IMG/VR virus record: IMGVR_UViG_3300005805_000074
Span: 11,655-75,654 of that record
Origin: a virus
Taxonomy: Duplodnaviria; Caudoviricetes
Direction: 5' to 3' (one strand)
Length of the DNA stretch: 64,000 nucleotides
The notes under the pieces are model-generated. The model was given only the letters and a program-made list of their open reading frames with translations, was not told where the DNA came from and searched no databases. Below, piece after piece: positions 57,415 through 64,000 of this stretch. How positions within the stretch are numbered: position 1 is the stretch's first letter; every line of letters starts with the position of its first letter. Both the position numbers and the translations under genes were made by a program.

Positions 57415-59748
57415 TTAGATTGTATCGAAGGTTGCACCAGTTGGGAGAATGTTGAAATCCAACTTGATGAATTCAGCGGTACGGGTTGGTTGGAGATAAA
57501 TTGCACCTGCCAAGATGTTTTGATCGATGATATCTGGGGTGTTGTTTGTTTCGTCCATTACTACACGGAAAGCGGTCAACCCAGAGCGTTGTTGAATTGC
57601 TGCGAGATATGGATTGACAATATTCAAGAAACGATTACGAGTTTCTTCAGTATTTTGTTCAAACACTAAATATCGTGCAGAACTTGCAATAAACTTCTTA
57701 ACAGTTATAAGAAGACGACGAACATTTACACGGTCAAGTGCGGATGGACGTTTTTGTAATGTCTTTTGTCCCCACACACAGATACCTTGTCCTGGGAATT
57801 GTGCGATTGGATTTACCTTTGATTCATAAAGAGTATCGCGTTGTGTTTGGCTGAGTCTTGTCTTGACACCAACCGCACCTGGTATTCCACCACGATTTAA
57901 ACCTGCTGGTGCGAACCATTCTGCACCAACATTATCACTATATTGATATACTTCTGGAAGTACTACTGATGGTGGTGCCCAAATGAAATTACCACTTATA
58001 TCATCAAGAACACGAACCCAAGGATAGTATCCTGCTGCATAGTTTGTATCAAGAAGTTGTGCGTTTGAAGTTACTGAATCAATGGTTGCGTCAAGAACAT
58101 CAAGGTCTAGAATATAGAAACAGTCACCACGTTGTTCACAAATATCAATTGCAGTTTGAGCCACATTTGTATGTTGTGAATAAAGAACACCAGGTACTAC
58201 TAAGAGATTAAAGTCTATTGCATCTGCATTACTCAATTGAGTTAACGCTCTCTTATATTCTACTGAACCCGATGCAGATGCGTTTTGAAGATTAAATCCT
58301 TGAGTATTTGTTGATGTAATACTTGAACCAATTGCAATTTCACGATTTGGTTTAAATCCATCAAATCCACCTTGAAATGGTACAGAAAATTTTCTGTACG
58401 AGATGTGGCTAGAGTTTGTTAATGATAGTGTAGCACCGGCGACTTCGTTAGATGGAAGATTTTCAAGACTAAATTCACTACCAACTGTGTTTGACCCTAC
58501 CGTTGGTGCCAAATATGATAATGAAGAAAGTTTACTACCAGATGCATATACACCATCAAAATTAAATCCATAGTATAAGTTAGAATTTCTGGTTGCATTT
58601 GCATTATATCCTGGAACACCAGAATTTACCCATGCAGAAGTAACATATGCTTGATTTGATACTTGCCCCGATGTAGAAGGATACACAGACTTCAACGCTG
58701 CGAATCCGTATGGTAATGCGTTTGATGGGATTACATTTGTACTCATTTCTACTCTAATATATGATGAAAGATTTGGGAAATCTCCTTCATATGACATAAA
58801 CCCGGTGTCTGAATTGTATGTTGGTACACTATTACCGATTCTTCGTGCAATATAATTTGCGTCTCTCGGATTTAAATTTACAGTGAAACTTTCTAATACA
58901 ACAAACTCTGCATCTGTGTTGTTGAAGTCTCTAACTTGGATTGTAAAAGTACCGTATGGTTGATTTTCATCATTACTTGGTCGTATATTATTGATTGATA
59001 CTTTTATGTTCTTATTTGCTCCTGTTCCATCATTAATAGTGTGTAATTTAAACAACTCATATTTTTGACCACCAATAGTTTGTGATTTAATCCATGGTGT
59101 AGTTGCATTTTGATATTCGGTTCTTAAATCTAGTGTATCTAAACTCCAAGAATAATGTAAAGCTTCAGTATAATTACCAACTTGATTAATAGCATCAGGA
59201 AATACCGCATACACATAAGCGGGTATTGTAGTCGATACTGTTTGTGAATCACTTCCAAATACATTTGTGATAAAAGATGTATTTGTTGCGTTAGGACTGA
59301 TACCACTTGCTGAGTAGTGAATACCCGCAGAACTACTGACCATTAAACTAAAACTTGAGGTAGTACCACCTACCGCTACATCAGTAATATTACTACCAGA
59401 AATTGTTGGATGTAGTACGGCAAATACTTTGTATCCACCAGAACCAGATGCGTAGATAGTTGCTACACTTGAGGTATATCCTGCTAATCCAAGAACACGA
59501 ACAATTGTTGCACTACCTGCTTCTTGTAAGTAGTTCTTTACGGTATATCCCATGTATGACTTACCATCGGGTTCACCAAATTGTGTTACAAACCCTTCAT
59601 TTCCCCTCACTAGTGTCGGAATGAATGCTGGTCCTTTAGTTGTTGGACCAACAAACGCCGCACCTATTTCTGCAACGCCTTGTGCGAGGAATGATTGGTC
59701 GCGTTCCTGTGTAAAAACACCAGGCGACACTATTATTTGTTCTGGCAT
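57415..59748 (-). CDS. gp18: Tail sheath protein (T4 gp18-like)
   Basis: SPGVFTQERD, AAFVGPT.KGP, F.GGFDG, AGYYPWV, WFAPAG.NRG, GQKTL, ALDRVNVRRL, FEQN, PTRTAEFI.L.F. Confidence 0.96.
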   Translation of the reverse strand: MPEQIIVSPGVFTQERDQSFLAQGVAEIGAAFVGPTTKGPAFIPTLVRGNEGFVTQFGEPDGKSYMGYTVKNYLQEAGSATIVRVLGLAGYTSSVATIYASGSGGYKVFAVLHPTISGSNITDVAVGGTTSSFSLMVSSSAGIHYSASGISPNATNTSFITNVFGSDSQTVSTTIPAYVYAVFPDAINQVGNYTEALHYSWSLDTLDLRTEYQNATTPWIKSQTIGGQKYELFKLHTINDGTGANKNIKVSINNIRPSNDENQPYGTFTIQVRDFNNTDAEFVVLESFTVNLNPRDANYIARRIGNSVPTYNSDTGFMSYEGDFPNLSSYIRVEMSTNVIPSNALPYGFAALKSVYPSTSGQVSNQAYVTSAWVNSGVPGYNANATRNSNLYYGFNFDGVYASGSKLSSLSYLAPTVGSNTVGSEFSLENLPSNEVAGATLSLTNSSHISYRKFSVPFQGGFDGFKPNREIAIGSSITSTNTQGFNLQNASASGSVEYKRALTQLSNADAIDFNLLVVPGVLYSQHTNVAQTAIDICEQRGDCFYILDLDVLDATIDSVTSNAQLLDTNYAAGYYPWVRVLDDISGNFIWAPPSVVLPEVYQYSDNVGAEWFAPAGLNRGGIPGAVGVKTRLSQTQRDTLYESKVNPIAQFPGQGICVWGQKTLQKRPSALDRVNVRRLLITVKKFIASSARYLVFEQNTEETRNRFLNIVNPYLAAIQQRSGLTAFRVVMDETNNTPDIIDQNILAGAIYLQPTRTAEFIKLDFNILPTGATFDTI

Positions 59749-59772
59749 ACGGTATTCTCCAAACTAAATTTG

Positions 59773-60039
59773 TTATTTCTCTGGTGTAAATTCGCCTGTT
59801 TCAAAATCAATTGAGCCAGCGCCATACTTGTCCGATAACCGTTTAATTAGTGTTTGTTCTTCTTCCAATAACCTTTTAAACACAGTTGTTTGTTCTTCCA
59901 GTTTATTATTCAATTCAGTTATATCCAACTTTAATAATTGAATTTGTAAAGTTGTTTGTCCTGATTCTGAAACAATCACAGCTAATTTATTTCTTAAATT
60001 ATTAATTTCTTCTATTTCTTCCTTCAAAATTTGTGTCAT
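59773..60039 (-). CDS. Small coiled-coil protein
   Basis: ATG 60039 with SD GAGG; heptad pattern; ends KYGAGSIDFETGEF. Confidence 0.7.
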   Translation of the reverse strand: MTQILKEEIEEINNLRNKLAVIVSESGQTTLQIQLLKLDITELNNKLEEQTTVFKRLLEEEQTLIKRLSDKYGAGSIDFETGEFTPEK

Positions 60040-60105
60040 AAAACCCTCTTTTTGTGTAGAAAACAACTCGTATTATAAATATATCTTTTTTTATCTAAAC
60101 ATCAA

Positions 60106-60903
60106 TTATTCAGACTCTATTTCTGTGAAAGTAACAACTTTTTTAACCGAATATCTCTTCTTACTGGTTCCTGTTCTATTGTTAAATTTGTCTAGTTGAC
60201 TTTTTGGTAACAGGTAGGCATGTACAGTCATATCAAACTGTGTGCGTACCACGCGGTCTTCTGTATTAGGTAACTCTGTTAGAGGTTCAAATGACTTCAC
60301 AGAAGTACGGAATTTATAGTTGTTTTGGTCACCCCAATATTGGTCCGTTTCGAACGATATATTTTCTACAACAGAATTCATTTGTTCCATATATTCAGTC
60401 CAAATCATACACCGATATGTTACTTCATAATAATCGGGTACCGTAGTAACCAGATATTCCCGACTTGGGGTAATATTATTAATTACTGCAAATTGGTCAT
60501 ATGGATTTCTTCTATTCCATCCTGTTTCAAAGGTTCGTTCCAAATACTTGTTAATAGGAGAATTTATAAGGGATTTTTTCATTGCAGTTCGACGAATCAT
60601 AATCATTGGAAGTTGAATTTTTCCAATAGAATCACGCATAACTCCATCACGTTGTGCGGACTTCCAACGTTCAGGATCACCATATATAACTGGTACTTTT
60701 ACTGCAACACCTGTCTGTGTCACCACTGGTTTGATTTTATCGTTCATATAACGAAGAATAGCATTATCTATCGTATACAATGTGACCGCAACAGATGGAG
60801 TACTTCCAATTGCAATGTCATTTGCTCTGTTTTCTACCGCTTCTATTTTTTGTTGGTCATTTGTAACTTTTACTGGTTCTTTATACTCTGGGTTAAAGGT
60901 CAT
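60106..60903 (-). CDS. Tail terminator / sheath stabiliser (T4 gp15-like)
   Basis: KVPVIYG..ERW, LPMI, VPDY..VTY...IWT..MEQMN; sits between the neck and sheath genes. Confidence 0.7.
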   Translation of the reverse strand: MTFNPEYKEPVKVTNDQQKIEAVENRANDIAIGSTPSVAVTLYTIDNAILRYMNDKIKPVVTQTGVAVKVPVIYGDPERWKSAQRDGVMRDSIGKIQLPMIMIRRTAMKKSLINSPINKYLERTFETGWNRRNPYDQFAVINNITPSREYLVTTVPDYYEVTYRCMIWTEYMEQMNSVVENISFETDQYWGDQNNYKFRTSVKSFEPLTELPNTEDRVVRTQFDMTVHAYLLPKSQLDKFNNRTGTSKKRYSVKKVVTFTEIESE

Positions 60904-61358
60904 ACTTGTGCCTCTTCGATATCAATACTTGTACGGCGGGTAAGATGTGCCATACAAATGATTGCGGTATTAAACCCTGGCTTACCTGCGATAAGTTGTG
61001 TTTCGGTGATATTATGTATTTCATAATAGTGATTGTTGTACCCAACAATATCACCAATTTCTGGATAAGTGTTGACTTCCTGTAACATACGACGAGCAAA
61101 TCTAAATTCAGTTTGTTGATTTTGATTAACACCAAATCCTTCTTCGCGAGCAGGAGTATTTTTATCGTATTTGACAATAGCGTTTACTTTTACAGGAGTA
61201 TATCTAGGTTTAACTGTACTTTCGCCATAAATATTAACTTTTGCAGACGCTACTACGATTTTATATAAAGTAACCCCCACATCCATTGTTTCATCAATTA
61301 ATTCGCGGGTGATGTGTTGAATGAATTCAAAATCTCGTTGCGTAACGAACCGTGCCAT
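60900..61358 (-). CDS. Neck / head-closure protein (T4 gp14-like)
   Basis: N.YGES, YPEIGDIVGY..HYYEI; follows the gp13-like gene. Confidence 0.7.
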   Translation of the reverse strand: MARFVTQRDFEFIQHITRELIDETMDVGVTLYKIVVASAKVNIYGESTVKPRYTPVKVNAIVKYDKNTPAREEGFGVNQNQQTEFRFARRMLQEVNTYPEIGDIVGYNNHYYEIHNITETQLIAGKPGFNTAIICMAHLTRRTSIDIEEAQV

Positions 61359-61361
61359 GTA

Positions 61362-62516
61362 TTATCCTACGTAGATAAGAGTTGGAATATTACGGAACAT
61401 TTCTTGTGTATTTTTAGAATTTTCTGCTTGTTTTTTCATCTGTGCTTGCAATCCAGTTTCTTCGAGAGTTTCACGAAGTTCTTTAATGAGTGATTCTTTT
61501 TCTTCGATAGCTTCTCTTCGTAATAGTTCTCCGTCCATTTTGATTTCACCGTCGGGATATGGAATTTCTGAGAACTTAGACCGAATAATACCTAACAACT
61601 CTTTTGCTAGTGCAAGTGTATATTTGAATATCCAAGTGCGAGACATATCATTTGTTTTAGTATACGAAATGTGCTCATACGGAAGATTTGATAAGTCACT
61701 AGCTATATCAGAACCAGATTGGAATGTATTTGCCTGTTTATCGTCAACAACCATGTAATCAAAAAATACTGGTTTATCTTCTTTAAATATTGGTGTAAAT
61801 CTTATAATATTATTAGAAATTTCAAATCCATATTGACTCTTACGGATCATATCGTTGACTTCAATTGCTTGAATACGGAGAAGGTCTTCGTATGCAGGCA
61901 TCATCACGAATGTGACCGGGGGAGAGTATCCGTCAAATCCAAATTCACTCATTAAGTTAGTTAGACCAAGACCAGTGGTTGCAAATGGGTCATAATAACG
62001 CGCAATTGCTGGTGGCATATAGTGATACACACGACGAATTTCTATTTTTTTACCACTTTCACTTACATCTGCCCATAGTGTTTTTAAGTCATATGATTGG
62101 GTATAAGCGGAAGCGGAAATGTATCCTCGTTTGATAGTTACATCACCACCAGATTGTGCTTCAACACCGTAGTCTGATGCGAGTTTTACAACTTGTGGAA
62201 TTGCAGAACCAATAATATTGCGTTGAGTTGCAGATGTAGTCGTTGATACACCTTGCAAATTCATCATGTATTCCCTAGCATTAAATTGATTTACTTGGTT
62301 GCCATATGTTGTGATTGCTTCTTCAAAGCAAGAATAAATTTGCTTATCAATTAATTCAACTTCAACTATTGGCCAACCAAGCTTTCTTGCAACAAATTCT
62401 GCTACTTTTGGTGCATCATTTTGAAATTCTTGGTCATTGTCAAAAAAATTGAACGCTGTTAAACCATATGGGTTACGAGGAAAACCATCATAAAAAATTG
62501 GTTCTTGTGTTTCCAT
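61362..62516 (-). CDS. Neck / head-tail adaptor protein (T4 gp13-like)
   Basis: RKLG.PIVEVEL...QI..C.EEA, WIFKYTLALAKELLG.IRSKF, KMDG..L..EA..E. Confidence 0.85.
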   Translation of the reverse strand: METQEPIFYDGFPRNPYGLTAFNFFDNDQEFQNDAPKVAEFVARKLGWPIVEVELIDKQIYSCFEEAITTYGNQVNQFNAREYMMNLQGVSTTTSATQRNIIGSAIPQVVKLASDYGVEAQSGGDVTIKRGYISASAYTQSYDLKTLWADVSESGKKIEIRRVYHYMPPAIARYYDPFATTGLGLTNLMSEFGFDGYSPPVTFVMMPAYEDLLRIQAIEVNDMIRKSQYGFEISNNIIRFTPIFKEDKPVFFDYMVVDDKQANTFQSGSDIASDLSNLPYEHISYTKTNDMSRTWIFKYTLALAKELLGIIRSKFSEIPYPDGEIKMDGELLRREAIEEKESLIKELRETLEETGLQAQMKKQAENSKNTQEMFRNIPTLIYVG

Positions 62517-62590
62517 AATTCTCTCTAATTAGGGACTTACAATAAATAGTTTTATTAAATCATTAAGTGGTATTTTTGTGAATAGAAATA

Positions 62591-62615
62591 AAAAGGGTGA
62601 CCTTTCGGCCACCCT
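62591..62615 (-). terminator. Rho-independent terminator after the major capsid gene
   Basis: Minus strand AGGGTGGCC-GAAA-GGTCACCCT-TTTT. Confidence 0.9.
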
Positions 62616-62642
62616 AATTATTTTCTTCGTTAATTCGTCAGA

Positions 62643-64000
62643 TTAGACAGTTTGAAGTCCACTGATGTAAATCTTACCGAAGAATTCTGGGCGTACGACC
62701 TTCTTAGCATAACGGGTCATCACACCACGACGTGGAGTGAAGTTATTTGGGTCATACACTAATGGAGTCATGATGAGTGGGATATATGGAGCATATACTG
62801 CACCAGTTTCGAGGAAGTTACTTCCACGGAAGCCCATCAACATTACATTTTCCTTCATGTATGGGTTCTTGTAGATGGTGTAACGGTTTGAGAATGAACC
62901 AACCTTGGTTACGCCACCTGCAAATTCCATCTTGTCACCATCGGTGTTGGTCATGAAACCTGGGATGGTTTCGATGATTGTTGCAACGGTTGGTGAAACA
63001 ACTGCGAAGTTTGCACCACCACGCATGGTGAGTTGGTGAATCTTGTTACTTACCTTTTGCATCTTTTGACCGAGTGTTTGGTACCAGGTCATGTTGGTCC
63101 ATGCAGTTCCAGTGAAGGATGATGCTGCGAATGCGCCGGTTACTGAGTTGTAAGTAGTACCGATTGTTGATGACCAGTATTCGGTGGTGAGACTTGGTAC
63201 TGCTGCAATTAACATATCAAGGATTTCGAGGTCGATTTCGGTTGAGATGTAGTCACTCAACATTGCAGTGAGTTCTGCTTCTGCGTCGATTGAGTGGTAT
63301 GCGTTCAAGTCTTGTGCGAGTTCTGGTGACCATACTGCCTTCAACTTACGGGTCTTAGCAACGATAGTTTCACTCTTAAGTTCGAGGTCAACTTGTGGGA
63401 TTGCTAAGTCGGTTGAACCGTCGCGGTCTTCGAAATCACCACGGGTGGTATCGGTTGGTTGCTTACTGTAGGTGACCTTATCAACAGTCTTGGTGCCTGA
63501 TGCTGCGGTGTTGATGATGAAGGTGATGTTGGTTCCATCATACTTGGTGAATTCTGGGAGAACAAGTGCTGCCATGTCTGCGCCTGAACCACTTGGTACG
63601 AATGAACGAACTGCGAGGAAGTCTGCGTTTGAAGCACTTGCTGCTGGAACAACGTACTTACTGAGACTTGCAGTGTTGTAAAGGGTGTTGAAGTTGACAT
63701 CTGACCAACTTACTGATTGTGAAGCTACTGGAACGATGGTTACTGATACATCGTTGATTGAGTAGCCGAATGCGCCTGCGCCGTATAAGCCGCCTACGTC
63801 TTGGTTACCGAATGCACTATAGTTGTTACTTAATGCGGTACCATAGAGTGATTGACCAGCGGTCTTTCCTGCTACAGTGTTGCCGTACTTGAAGTCCATG
63901 AAGAACACAAGTCCTGAAGGAAGGTTCATTGGTTGGACTGATACGAAGTTCTTACTTGCGATACTTCCGAAGACCTTACGGACTAATGGAAGTGCTACAC
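62643..64000 (-). CDS. gp23: Major capsid protein (T4 gp23-like), 5'-truncated by the window edge
   Basis: LPLVRKVF...VSVQPMNLPSGLVFFMDF, AKTRKLKA.WSPELAQDL.AYH.IDAEAEL, EIDLEI, YAPYIPL, P.RGVMTRYA. Confidence 0.97.
   Translation of the reverse strand, partial: VALPLVRKVFGSIASKNFVSVQPMNLPSGLVFFMDFKYGNTVAGKTAGQSLYGTALSNNYSAFGNQDVGGLYGAGAFGYSINDVSVTIVPVASQSVSWSDVNFNTLYNTASLSKYVVPAASASNADFLAVRSFVPSGSGADMAALVLPEFTKYDGTNITFIINTAASGTKTVDKVTYSKQPTDTTRGDFEDRDGSTDLAIPQVDLELKSETIVAKTRKLKAVWSPELAQDLNAYHSIDAEAELTAMLSDYISTEIDLEILDMLIAAVPSLTTEYWSSTIGTTYNSVTGAFAASSFTGTAWTNMTWYQTLGQKMQKVSNKIHQLTMRGGANFAVVSPTVATIIETIPGFMTNTDGDKMEFAGGVTKVGSFSNRYTIYKNPYMKENVMLMGFRGSNFLETGAVYAPYIPLIMTPLVYDPNNFTPRRGVMTRYAKKVVRPEFFGKIYISGLQTV

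Larger units (their letters stand above)
2430..62548 (-). promoter_or_regulatory. Dispersed recurring upstream motif TA[TC]TTAT[AT] (10 sites), putative phage late promoter; the coordinates span first to last site
   Basis: Sites at 2430, 9389, 13165, 48546, 52259, 52903, 56791, 57387, 60074 and 62541. Nine lie 22-36 nt upstream of a start codon, mostly of structural genes. Confidence 0.6.

Noticed and set aside
60325-61177. ORFs 60325..61026 (+) and 60893..61177 (-)
   Set aside because: They overlap the well-supported gp15-like and gp14-like genes and have no recognisable motifs.
1-64000. Stop-codon reassignment, as seen in some large phages
   Set aside because: Genes are full length under code 11, and TAA, TGA and TAG all end genes at tight junctions (e.g. 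TAG at 2458, 9430 and 15583; ATGA overlaps).
1-64000. Eukaryotic giant-virus or bacterial chromosomal origin suggested by the sugar genes, knottin and mucin-like repeats
   Set aside because: T4-like capsid, neck, sheath and tube genes, SD motifs and rho-independent terminators flank the island in the same orientation.
1-64000. tRNA/rRNA genes, introns, inteins, transposases or homing endonucleases
   Set aside because: Intergenic gaps are short and accounted for by promoters, terminators or small ORFs; no such motifs or unexplained insertions were seen in the conserved genes.

Overview
This window is part of a large T4-like (contractile-tail) bacteriophage genome. Every gene I can support is on the minus strand, and the standard genetic code 11 reads cleanly. 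In transcription order (64000 to 1): major capsid protein (partial), terminator, neck/head-tail genes (gp13-, gp14-, gp15-like), tail sheath, tail tube, terminator, and a set of modular Ser/Thr/Gly-rich fibre or virion proteins, the last ending in an S74-type chaperone domain. A ~42 kb accessory island follows (44737 to 2458), and the tail module then resumes with a gp26-like hub/chaperone gene, a short gp51-like ORF and a probable tape measure gene (partial). The island encodes NDP-sugar enzymes (three SDRs, RmlC, DegT-like aminotransferase, TPP E1 alpha and truncated beta) and many glycosyltransferase-like proteins. It also carries candidate glycan-tailoring enzymes: an APS-kinase/nucleotidyltransferase fusion, three sulfotransferase-like, seven SGNH-like, a carbamoyltransferase, an amidinotransferase, three methyltransferases, three 2OG-Fe(II) oxygenases and a radical SAM enzyme. 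A subtilase with a Cys-rich tail, Thr-rich mucin-like proteins (one with a knottin Cys pattern) and an SNF2 helicase also lie in it. The best candidate for an undescribed system is a phage-encoded pathway that builds and chemically decorates glycans, probably on Ser/Thr-rich virion fibres. A second highlight is a putative +1/-2 frameshift at a U7 run joining the gp26-like and gp51-like ORFs. All functional calls come from motif recognition by eye; no database searches were run.
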